Shown in pieces: positions 49,801 through 59,665 of a stretch of DNA of 64,000 nt. Position numbers and translations under genes: made by a program. Origin of the DNA: Vitrella brassicaformis CCMP3155 (lineage: Eukaryota > Protista > Chromerida); NCBI GenBank assembly GCA_001179505.1, contig CDMY01000416.1, forward strand, positions 18,537 to 82,536, given 5' to 3'. Under the pieces are notes generated by a model. The model did not search any database and was not told the DNA's origin. It saw only the letters and a list, made by a program, of their open reading frames with translations. Positions within the stretch are counted from its first letter, which is position 1, and each line of letters opens with the position of its first letter.

Positions 49801-52800
49801 CATCATCGATCTCCGCAACCCCGCCATTTGTTTGCAGCTGAGCGGAGAATACATTTGTAATGTGCACAATGGGACCACTCGCCATGCAATAAAATTACCG
49901 ACAGAGGCTTCGATTCCGGGTCCTTGATGAGCCAGCTGATCTCAAATTGATGGGGCCCGTTGGCAAGTTTGGCTTTGGCATTGCCTTTAGAGAGAGATAA
50001 GGGCTCGCCATTGACCCGCAGCATCGTCTGGACGGCCGGGTCTGCACTGATGGTGATCGAAACCTCCCCTTTGTTATTCTTCATGCCGTCATTCACCTTT
50101 AGGGTACCCTTCACCATCCAACGGATACAAGACATACACACAAGCTTATTCACTCCGCTCATGGCACGCGAAGCTCCGGCGCCGACCTTAGCTCTGAGAA
50201 TGACATCCTGCTTGAAGGTTGATTCCATGATGCTATTAGTCCGACCGTCGGGTATGAATTCGCATCCCTTGTCGAGACTGCTGCCAAGCCATTTCGGCTC
50301 AAGTGTCGTGCTGCCACTCCTGAGGTTGATCCCGTCCATGGGGGCCGCAAGGAACTCATCGAGCTGCGACGCAGGGGGCTTGTAGAGAAATGCCGCACAA
50401 CCGGGGACCTTGTCGATGGGAACGACGGCCACACTGAAAGGAGAATAGAGGAGGATAGAGGGGTGTTGCATTCGTTGCGTGTGGCTGCATACCTCCCTGT
50501 GTCTGAGAGTGTTTTTGCCTCTCCGTCTTCAATGGTGAGCTGGACGGTGTAAACACCAGTATCATATTCCTCAGTAATGTCCTTGTCGACACCGCTGGAC
50601 ACAACTTGACCGTTCACGCTGTACGTCCACTTCTCTACACTCTGGTTTAGAGACACAGGCAGATAAACCCATCATTCACTTGTGCNNNNNNNNNNNNNNN
50701 NNNNNNNNNNNNNNNNNNNNNNNNNNNNNNNNNNNNNNNNNNNNNNNNNNNNNNNNNNNNNNNNNNNNNNNNNNNNNNNNNNNNNNNNNNNNNNNNNNNN
50801 NNNNNNNNNNNNNNNNNNNNNNNNNNNNNNNNNNNNNNNNNNNNNNNNNNNNNNNNNNNNNNNNNNNNNNNNNNNNNNNNNNNNNNNNNNNNNNNNNNNN
50901 NNNNNNNNNNNNNNNNNNNNNNNNNNNNNNNNNNNNNNNNNNNNNNNNNNNNNNNNNNNNNNNNNNNNNNNNNNNNNNNNNNNNNTGATGAGACCCATCT
51001 GTATGCCGCTCTGCACGTCGAGCATGGCCTCCTTACTGGTTACATCGGCTGAAATTAACACACGAAGCTGCAATATACGCATGAACACACACACACACAA
51101 ATGAATACACGGGTCATTCGCTAGAGACCCCTTCCTTGTTCATTGTTACGTGTTTGGATAGCTTGAGCGAGGTGACGACAGGGCCATCCGCAGTATCGGC
51201 TCCGGTCCACGTGACCTCGACGGTTGAACCTTCTCCCGCCTTGAGCATGACCTCTGCAGGCTCGACCGCGAATTGGTCGTCGTTGCCGCCCTCAAACGAC
51301 ATCGTTAGCTTCGAGTCGCGACTGTCTCTGTTCTCAATCGTAAGCGTCTGACAGGCAAGACACACCGTGAGCCAGACAGGCAGGAGGGTTGTTGAATGGA
51401 GTGCTGGGACTCTTTCGATTTGACACACCTGTGTAGGCGTTTCCGGTGCGAATGTAATTGCGGTGAACGGCTCCGTCTGTGTGGGGCTATCAGCCGTGAC
51501 GGTGATATCCAGCACCACTTCTGTGGCGTAGACCTCGATGGCCGTGAGCCATGCTGTGTTTCTCACCGCTTCGCCTCTGATGTCAATGGCGTTGTCCTCG
51601 ATTACTGCCATGGGCGTCTCGACTTTGACGATGGTGCCGAAGGGCTCGTTTGGGCCATTGTAGACAGTCACGGTGGAGTTGCCAACGACATCCTGCGTTC
51701 TCGTGTCCTTTGATATATACCTGACCTCCTTTCAGAAGGGATGGCAGGCGAAAAGACAATTGAAGGTTGCAGATAGGTGTTCTGGGTCAATCCGGTCTTT
51801 TTTACCTTGGTGCCTTCGGGGGCGATGAGAGTCGCAGCTGTGGCGAAGATGTCAAAATCACTGAGCACTTGGTTGTTCTCTACGTAAACATTTTGGACAC
51901 GCTGTCCAGTTTTCCCTTTGTGGATGACCTATCGTACATATCCTTGTCACAACGATGTTTTGCTTCGCGAGGACACGTCTGTTTACCTCAGCGAAGTAGA
52001 GATTGACGACGACGGCGACGGGGGACTCCACTGGTATCGAGTAGACAAAATCCTCACGACCCGTGTGGGCGAGGGGCTCCATAGGACGAGACTGCGTCTG
52101 ATTCAGAAACGAACGGTACAAAGCGCTCGTTTCTGAAGCGCGCTTATGTGACGGCTTACGAAACTCTTTTCGTAATAGAGACCCGTAGGGCCGGCTTGCT
52201 CCGTGAAGTATTTGTCCTGTCGCCACTTCTTGTCGTACACATCTTCGTGGGGCGGGCCGCCCGCATTGATCCGCAGAGGCCACTCTTCAATAGGCTTGCC
52301 CCAAGGGGGCTCTGATGGAAAAGATGACCCAAAATAGTTTTCCATCCACGGTCNNNNNNNNNNNNNNNNNNNNNNNNNNNNNNNNNNNNNNNNNNNNNNN
52401 NNNNNNNNNNNNNNNNNNNNNNNNNNNNNNNNNNNNNNNNNNNNNNNNNNNNNNNNNNNNNNNNNNNNNNNNNNNNNNNNNNNNNNNNNNNNNNNNNNNN
52501 NNNNNNNNNNNNNNNNNNNNNNNNNNNNNNNNNNNNNNNNNNNNNNNNNNNNNNNNNNNNNNNNNNNNNNNNNNNNNNNNNNNNNNNNNNNNNNNNNNNN
52601 NNNNNNNNNNNNNNNNNNNNNNNNNNNNNNNNNNNNNNNNNNNNNNNNNNNNNCCGGACAGTATTTGGGGCCGAATGTGAACTCCAGGTCCTTGTTCCTT
52701 TCCTTCTTTCCCGGAATGAATGTGTCGCCCTTGTCGGCAAGAAGGAAACAGTCGACCTGGTTCACGCTGTTAGGGTCTGCACAGGAGACGAGGTACGCCT

Positions 52801-53579
52801 TCAAGTGGCTGTCCCGTATGCGGCGTGAACCTACCGGTATGTTTGTAGTGCCCCTTCTTTAGCTGGTAGACAAAAGCGTTGCAGTCGGGATTGCCCATAC
52901 ACTGGACCTGGCACCAATTTGCACTTTGATATCCCTTTTGAACCGCGTCACAACTAAAAACAAAAACGAAGTCCCAAGACAGATTTACGCCTTTTTTTTT
53001 GGTTGCCTATCACCCACTGCCGATGGTAAACCACTGGCGCATTGGATGCTGTGTTCAAAGAGAAACACCCAGCACTTTCATCCGATTCGGAGCTATCATC
53101 TGCAGCGATTAAGACATACCAATCACGCGCTTTCTCTGACCTGTTAGGCATACCTTGACCATTTATTTTCAGCATATTTTCCGGGTCTCCGCATGCTTTG
53201 CTGCCAGCCGTGAACTTCCTGCCGTCCTCATCCGGCGCAGGATGAACAGCAGGGTCCCTGGCTGTCTTGAGCCAGCACGAACCATCGTCTCCAGTACCCA
53301 AGTGAACCCAGTATTCGCAGCGTTCCGTGACTGCGCACCAGTCGGCACAGTGCAGATGAGAACGGAATCCGCTACTAGCCGCCTCGATATCTGCACCCGC
53401 TGTGTAGTCTACGTTCTCCTCGAGGAGGCATCCTGCGAAGGAACAAGAAACAAGGCTTTCGAGCACGCCCATTTTCCTTTGCTCCTTCTTCACTGACCTG
53501 GCTCCTGGGCCGAGGACACACATATGATGAAGAGGAGTTGCGACACGACACACCTCATACTAAATGCTGCTTGTACCAT
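46863..53579 (-). CDS. Large secreted multidomain protein: signal, 2x PAN/Apple, malectin, Ig-like, PKD, PA14-like, IPT/TIG, sugar-dehydrogenase-like beta-propeller, IPT/TIG; last exon uncertain
   Basis: Signal exon 53498-53579 (MRCVVSQLLFIICVSSAQE). Apple: CLLEENVDY...CADWC...CEYWV...CWLKT...FTAGSKAC. Malectin: LRINAGGP..DVYDKKWRQDKYF...VVNLYFAE...AWLTAIEV. PKD: WTYSVNGQ...GVYTVQLTIEDG. IPT: INRISPTKGHVSGGQKITVEGAGF. Propeller: DGLPMSNHDHGLNGISFDNSGNLYLPIG, FGFRNAYD. Second IPT: DITPWRGN..QKVVIGG..FVIDGVEC. Three N gaps lie inside. Confidence 0.75.
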
Positions 53580-54039
53580 GCTAGGCTTATACTATACTAG
53601 CTATAGTATGCTGAAGGGGAGCTACATACTTTGTGTTAAAAAACGGGTTGAAATAGTGCAAAAATCGTCAACGGCTCTCTTTCTTGTCGGTCTGGTGTAT
53701 GCGATCAACGCACACTCCCTCTGCTGTCTTCCTGTCTTCCTTCCCTATGGGTCCCTTGTGTATATGGTGATGTATTCATGTGATTGGCTGATTGTTGCTT
53801 TGGTGGCTCAGAGGGCGCTCCATGGCTCTTGCTGGGCGACAGCCCCGTTCTTCTCATTAGAAACGGACTTTGTCTCATGATGAAACAGACTTATTCCCAG
53901 CGTCAGGCAAGTCTTGAGCCCTTACCGGCCCGAATGATCCGAATGCGACGCATTTACAGTGAAGTGCTTGTGCGAAACTCACAAACGACGCGAGCCATGA
54001 CGCGAGCAGAAAACACTTCGCAATGCAATGACAGGGCGT

Positions 54040-54325
54040 CAGTCGAGTCACATAAGTGTGTGCTTGCTTGTCAGTCAATCAATGAATTGATTCAATTCAT
54101 TCATTCATTCATTCAGTGAATCGCTGCATCACTACAGACAACCCTGCTCTGTTGCTTCCCGCGAGAGACGGCCGTGATCCTGGCCAGGCTGGCCACGAGA
54201 TGAGGGTGGGTCGTAGGTCATTGCACCTATGTATGGTCCGTCCAGCCGACATCCGAGCGAGGCAATGCGTATGGGTGGCCCGCCCCAATGTCGGCCCGAC
54301 AGCCTGTCGAACCGACATTGGGGCG
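54040..54325 (+). repeat. Left arm of a long palindrome (MITE/foldback-like) interrupted by the LTR element
   Basis: Reverse complement of 63233-63520 with few differences. Begins CAGTCGAGTCACAT. Contains the internal hairpin GCCCCAATGTCGG-N17-CCGACATTGGGGC. Confidence 0.9.
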
Positions 54326-54338
54326 TACATGTATGTAC

Positions 54339-55061
54339 TGTTGCAGGGTGACTCACTTCAGTGCATGGACTCACTCGAATCTCCCTGTCAATGATGATGG
54401 ATGATGATGGATAACGCTTCGCTAGAAAAGGGAGGGAAGGCCCTCCAGCGTCGCAGCGGCGCAATAGCACGGAACAATAGGAAATGACGTTGAGAATCGG
54501 AGTTAGAGTATCGTAAAACAGCGTCGGGGCGAGAGGCCTGCCGCCCAAGGGCGAGAGGCGAACGGCCCAAAGGGCGAGAGCTAAGGCCCAAGGGCGAGCC
54601 GATTGGCCATTACGATATATTCCGGTCATTCCGAAGGACAGAAGTGCCGACTCGTTGATCCTTGCGGTACTTGTCGATTTTTCACTGATTCCAGCCATCT
54701 CCATCCCTTCGGCGACCCCTACCTACTGACTGTGAAGCTGCCCGCTTGATTGTTGAAGAAGGAAGTCGAACCAACCAAGCCCGAGGCGTCAAGGCGTGCC
54801 ACGAGCAGACGGAGAACTGTGTTGCCGAGGTTGCTGGCCTCAGCAGTTGTCGTGAGTGAGTGAGTGTGTGTGTCAGTCGTGTCAGAGCCTGCCGTCATCA
54901 GCAGGTGTGGTGCAGTGCGTGTGTGACTACTTGTGACCTCGTGAGACCTTATTCGTGTGCGTGTGCCTGTCGTTGAATCGTGAGTGTCTCCCATCGAGAA
55001 GTGTCCTTAGTCGAGCATCGAGTAAGCGCTATCTCTATAGCGTGAACCCCCCCCCTCAACA
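54339..55061 (+). repeat. 5' LTR (723 bp)
   Basis: Matches 62485-63189 except at one visible base (TAGTCGAGC vs TAGTAGAGC) and the gap region. Confidence 0.96.
54527..54621 (+). promoter_or_regulatory. LTR U3 promoter-like module: 4x GGGCGAG(AG), inverted CCAAT, TATA-like
   Basis: GGGCGAG at 54527, 54549, 54572 and 54592, then ATTGG at 54602 and GATATATT at 54614. Function is inferred from position. Confidence 0.45.
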
Positions 55062-55065
55062 TTCC

Positions 55066-55083
55066 TGGTTCCGACATCGGGAA
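55066..55083 (+). other. Primer-binding site, probably tRNA-Glu type
   Basis: TGGTTCCGACATCGGGAA, 4 nt after the 5' LTR. It is complementary to a tRNA ending TTCCCGATGTCGGAACCA, which has the TCCG../..CGGA acceptor stem typical of eukaryotic tRNA-Glu. The tRNA identity is inferred. Confidence 0.75.
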
Positions 55084-55102
55084 GCTCGATTGCTCAGACA
55101 CG

Positions 55103-56460
55103 ATGGTTGAGACAAGGAGTGGACGACAGAGGAAGGCACAAGCACGGGCCGACCACCAGACGAAAGGCAACAAGGCCGTGAGAAAGGACATAGGGAAGGG
55201 GAAGGCTGGAAAGAGAGACGCCAACCAAAAGATCCGCCGTTCTGGCGAGCCCCAGGAACAAAGGGATGACGCAAAGCGTCAGCAGACTGACACAGAGAGC
55301 GTGATAGAGCTGCACGACCAGCAGCCGACCAGCACGGCAGCAGCAGCCCGCAGCACGGACCACACACAGGCACACCACGGGATGGATGAACTCACTGCAC
55401 GAATGGCAGCCATGGATCTGCAGAAGCCATCTATCAGCCTGCAGACCTTCAAGGGCACGTCAGACTTGGATGTTCAGTTGTTCATTGATGAGGTCAGGCT
55501 GGCCGAGCAAATGTTCAATCTTAGAGGCGGACGGATACTGCCATATATCATAAGTGCATTGCAAGGCACCGCACGCACACGGGCGACCCGATGGATTAAC
55601 ACACAGGCATGGTGGGGAGGCAGCAGCCAATCCGTGCAGCTGGAGCGGCTCTTAACCTATTTGAGGCTAGAGTTTGGTCAAAAGAGGTCACAGACACTCG
55701 TGGTGGCAGAGACCATGAAGGCATGGCGGCAAAAGGCCAGACAGACATTCGAGGAAGCATTCGATGAGTTCAGTGAACTCTATCAGAAGTCACAGAAATC
55801 AGAGCCAGAGGCAGTCGAGCTATTCATCGATGGCTTGCAGCCCGACCTAAGAGCCGAAATATACCGCAAGGACACTGACCCACGCGAATTCAGCGCCATC
55901 AAGGAACTTGGCCTGGCTGCCGAGGTATGGATGCTGCGTACACGCAAGCGATACAGGGATGATGACGAAGAGAGTGATGTTGAAACGACACGGCCATCAA
56001 AAGCCGCTCGATACGAGATAGACGCGCTTGAGCAGCGACCTGAGCAGCCACCCAACAAAGACAAAACAGAGGTGACGGGCGAGAAAGGTGTTGAGTCGGT
56101 GCTTGCCTCTGTCAATGCCATGACGGCTGAGGTGACGAAGAGCATCAAGGAAATGAAAGATGGTCACCTGACACCACACACGAGGGAAACAAAAGAGCAA
56201 AAGGCACCTGATGGCAGCAATAGACGATGGAGAGGAAGCACACCGTGGAACGCAATACCGTGGGAAGACGACCCTTCCATGGCCACTGTGATTGGTGCGG
56301 AAAGCAAGGCCATCGCTGGAGAGAGTGTCGAGCAAGGCTGCAGCTCGCCGGGCAGGGACACACACCTGCGACAGGAGCAAACACAATCAGATTGGAGCCC
56401 AATGCTGCGGCAGCTCCTGCCCTTCCACCGCCAGCGTACCCGCAGTTGGGAAACGGATAG
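55103..56460 (+). CDS. gag: Gag with CCHC zinc knuckle (knuckle offset by a -1 frame break at 56224-56284)
   Basis: Capsid-like LQTFKGTSDLDVQLFIDEVR...LFIDGLQPDLRAEI. The knuckle CDWCGKQGHRWREC lies in the adjacent frame, which ends TAG at 56458-56460. Confidence 0.85.
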
Positions 56461-56512
56461 GTCCTCCGCAGCAGGGCGGGCGAGAGGACACGATGCGAAT
56501 GGATGGCGCCCT
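56448..56512 (+). other. Predicted -1 programmed ribosomal frameshift signal (slippery heptamer plus pseudoknot)
   Basis: G GGA AAC at 56448-56454 is in phase with the knuckle frame. After a 6-nt spacer come stem 1 (GTCCTCCGC / GCG-A-GAGGAC) and stem 2 (AGGGCG / CGCCCT). Confidence 0.7.
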
Positions 56513-56818
56513 ACACACATCACACCACAATGATTGTTTGGTGAAGGTAAGACAAACAGGCAGTGGTCGAACACCTACCGAGAGAGTGGTGCATCGACAT
56601 GATGTGCTCATGCATGAGCCTGAGATGATGTTCTCCACGCCAGGAGCGTTGACTGGCCCCTACGCTGACCGCAAGCGAGCACTCGAGAGGGAAGAGGTAC
56701 CCACTGTTGGCTGTGGCCGGCAGCTGGAAGAGGTTTCGCAGAGAGAGAGAGAAGGCATTGCGTCGATCCTGCTGGCTCGAAGAAGAGGTCTTGAAGGCCG
56801 TGCCGAGTCAGTGGATGA

Positions 56819-59665
56819 AGCCCACCGGGGACGGTGGCATTGCGTCGATCCATCCGCTGTGGCGACCAAGAGGTGAAGGCGGCTTCGGCGGCAGCTTGCC
56901 TTGGACGTAAGCCCACCGGTGTCGATTCGGTTGAGGAGTGCCAACCGATGGAGTGCAATGATGAGTCTGCTTTGTTTGATCGGGCCGCTGGCAGGCCGGA
57001 CACCGATCGAAAAGGGGAAGAACGGCAGGAGGGGACGCCTTCCTGTGGCGAGGTTCTTCAGGCAATGCATGTGACGAAACCTAACACACAGAGCGACAGA
57101 CAGACAAACAATGGCGGTCAGAATGAGGCTGGTGGCACTGGCTGGTGTGGTGACGCACCGATGGCTGATGCGCGTGTACACCATGTTGGTGGCGACTCGA
57201 ACGGAACGCTGCGTTGCTGCGCAGCGGGAGCACAAGGAAGAGACGAGTGTGATGTCACTCCTGCAATCAGGTGGCAGATACACGTACCAATTAAGGCCAA
57301 TGGGGTGGCGTGTGATGCTCTCATGGATACAGGTGCTGACCTTTGTGTAATGAGCCGGAAGATGCTCGACAAATTAAGGGAAGAGGGAGACCGACAGGTC
57401 CACTTGCTGACTACTGGAGTCAAGCTGAATGTGTTGAATCGTGGTGCAGTAGTGGTGCACGGCCTTGCAGAGGTCGCCATCACGCCTAATTCGAAGGACA
57501 GGGGAGAGGAGAGACAATTTAAACCCATTATTGTGCAGTGCTGTGTCATAGATGATCCCCAGTGTGTTCTCTTGGTGGGTGCGAAGTCGCTCAGAGAAGA
57601 GCGTGTCGATATCAACTGTGGAGAGGGATGTATCCAATTCAAATCACGGCCAGATTGGCCACCTATCGAAATACACAAACCACAACGGCGTGACGAACTG
57701 AGAGTGGCTGCGGTTGGAGTGGCGAGAGTGTCATTACCGAGGGAGAGCGAAGGAGGCAAATGCCGTCTGCTGGTCACTGCAAAGACCCCCATACCAGCCG
57801 GCACTGAACGATGGGTGAGAGCACGATTGGACAGACCTGAAGGACAAATAGGGGATGTGGGACGAATTGAAAAGCACCGGTTGCTGTCGAGCCTGAGAGG
57901 CGCGTGGCTGGATGTTGATACCGATGTAGTGGAAGTATCCGCAGGACGACGGGTGCTGGTGAGGATCCGCAACACGTCACACAAGAGGGCCACGCTGAGC
58001 AAGAACCAGCTGCTCGGATGGTTCCTTCCACTGAGAGAGTTGAGTGAGACCGAATTGATCCACACATCTGGCGAGCAAGGACACACAGGGCAACAGATAG
58101 CTGCTCTTGCCTTGCCTGACGGTGATGTGCGTATGGTACCTGCTGAGATCGATCGAGAGCCCCTGGAGCATTTGATGGGCACAGCACCAGAAACAGAGGA
58201 TGTGCGTACTTTCCCGGATGCCCACGGCATAGCACACGAAATACACGTTGGCAAAGACCTGACCGAACAACAGAAGAGACGGGCAGTGGATGTGATTAAA
58301 GAGGCGCAATGCACAGGCATTTTCTCGAAGGACAAGGCTGACCTTGGCCACGTTGACCAATCGCTGGGTGTGCATCGGATCCGTGTATCTGGCAATCCAC
58401 CCTACATGAAGGCGAGAAGACTGGCACAGGCAGAGGACCAGGCAGCCAGGCAAATAGTCAAGGAGCTGGAGTCCACTGGCGTCATCGAGCCTGCAGGCTC
58501 AAAATACAACGCAGCCATAGTGATGGTCAGGAAGAAGGATGGCACGTGGCGAATGTGTGTGGATTACCGATGGCTGAATGAGATAACAGAGAAGTCTCGC
58601 TACGCCCCGCCCTTGATCGATCGATGTTTTGAGTCCCTCCAGGGCATGTCGTGGTTCACGACGCTCGATGCGACATCGGGCTTCTGGCAAGTTGAGGTGC
58701 ATCCGGACGACAGACCCAAAACCGCCTTCTCGATCGACGGACAGACACAGAAACAATGGACGCGTATGCCGATGGGTCTCTGCAACAGCGTAGCGACATT
58801 CCAAAGAGTCATGGACAGAGTGTTGAGGGCAGTGTTGTGGAAGAGTGCGTTTGTGTATGTTGACGACATTGTCGTCTTCTCGCGCACCTTTGAGGAGCAT
58901 TGCAGGCATGTACTTGACGTATTCCACCTCCTCGAGGCTGCAAACATCAAAGTGAAGCCCGCCAAGTGTATCTTCTTTGCGCGAGAGATATCGGTCCTTG
59001 GTTTCCTGATCTCTGAGCAAGGACTGCGAAGTGACCCACAGAAAATTGACAAGATGGTCAATATGACTGAGCCAACAGATAAAAAGGAAGTGAGGAGCAT
59101 GCTGGGCGTCTTCCAGTTCTACAAGCGCTTGGTGAAGGGCTACGCTGACTTAGCCAGGCCACTCACTGACCTGACAAAGAAGGATAGGCCGTTCGTGTGG
59201 AGCGAGGATGAGAGGAGAGCCCTCAACACACTCAAACAAAGGATGATCTCGGCGCCCGTGTTGGCCTTGCCGGACTTCAAGAAGGCATTCGTGCTCAAAA
59301 CAGACGCAAGTGACTACGCCATTGGAGCCATCCTGTGTCAAAGGGACAACAAAGGACAAGAGAGACCGATTCATTACGCAAGTGCGATTCTTGGCGACAC
59401 TGAGCGAAAGTGGTCGGCCACAGAGAGAGAGGCACATGCTATTTACTGTGCAGTAAGGCAATTCCGGCCCTACCTGTTTAGTGAAAGATTTGAGCTCGTT
59501 TCGGATCACCAAGCCTTGAGAGCGCTTCGATTTGCACAGGACGGCAATCGCAAGCTGCAGAGATGGTCCCTCATGCTGCAGGACTATGATTTCGTCTTCC
59601 GTTACCGACCTGGAAAGAACGGATGTGGATGCACTATCGCGGCCGCCTGGTGGGATGTCTGCTGA
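56819..59665 (+). CDS. pol: Pol: aspartic protease, reverse transcriptase, RNase H
   Basis: LMDTGAD (57326), VMVRKKDGTWRMCVDYR, RMPMGLCNS, YVDD (58856-58867), LKTDASDYAIGAIL, ELVSDHQAL. The frame breaks at ~59621 (YRPGKN / DVDALSR). Confidence 0.93.
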   Translation, partial: SPPGTVALRRSIRCGDQEVKAASAAACLGRKPTGVDSVEECQPMECNDESALFDRAAGRPDTDRKGEERQEGTPSCGEVLQAMHVTKPNTQSDRQTNNGGQNEAGGTGWCGDAPMADARVHHVGGDSNGTLRCCAAGAQGRDECDVTPAIRWQIHVPIKANGVACDALMDTGADLCVMSRKMLDKLREEGDRQVHLLTTGVKLNVLNRGAVVVHGLAEVAITPNSKDRGEERQFKPIIVQCCVIDDPQCVLLVGAKSLREERVDINCGEGCIQFKSRPDWPPIEIHKPQRRDELRVAAVGVARVSLPRESEGGKCRLLVTAKTPIPAGTERWVRARLDRPEGQIGDVGRIEKHRLLSSLRGAWLDVDTDVVEVSAGRRVLVRIRNTSHKRATLSKNQLLGWFLPLRELSETELIHTSGEQGHTGQQIAALALPDGDVRMVPAEIDREPLEHLMGTAPETEDVRTFPDAHGIAHEIHVGKDLTEQQKRRAVDVIKEAQCTGIFSKDKADLGHVDQSLGVHRIRVSGNPPYMKARRLAQAEDQAARQIVKELESTGVIEPAGSKYNAAIVMVRKKDGTWRMCVDYRWLNEITEKSRYAPPLIDRCFESLQGMSWFTTLDATSGFWQVEVHPDDRPKTAFSIDGQTQKQWTRMPMGLCNSVATFQRVMDRVLRAVLWKSAFVYVDDIVVFSRTFEEHCRHVLDVFHLLEAANIKVKPAKCIFFAREISVLGFLISEQGLRSDPQKIDKMVNMTEPTDKKEVRSMLGVFQFYKRLVKGYADLARPLTDLTKKDRPFVWSEDERRALNTLKQRMISAPVLALPDFKKAFVLKTDASDYAIGAILCQRDNKGQERPIHYASAILGDTERKWSATEREAHAIYCAVRQFRPYLFSERFELVSDHQALRALRFAQDGNRKLQRWSLMLQDYDFVFRYRPGKNGCGCTIAAAWWDVC

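Noticed and set aside
56184-56190. Second GGGAAAC heptamer in gag
   Set aside because: It is out of phase with the gag frame, and a TAG at 56221 blocks the frame needed to reach the knuckle.
56855-56895. RGEGGFGGS, resembling dUTPase motif V
   Set aside because: It lies in a short off-frame ORF with none of the other dUTPase motifs upstream; likely chance.
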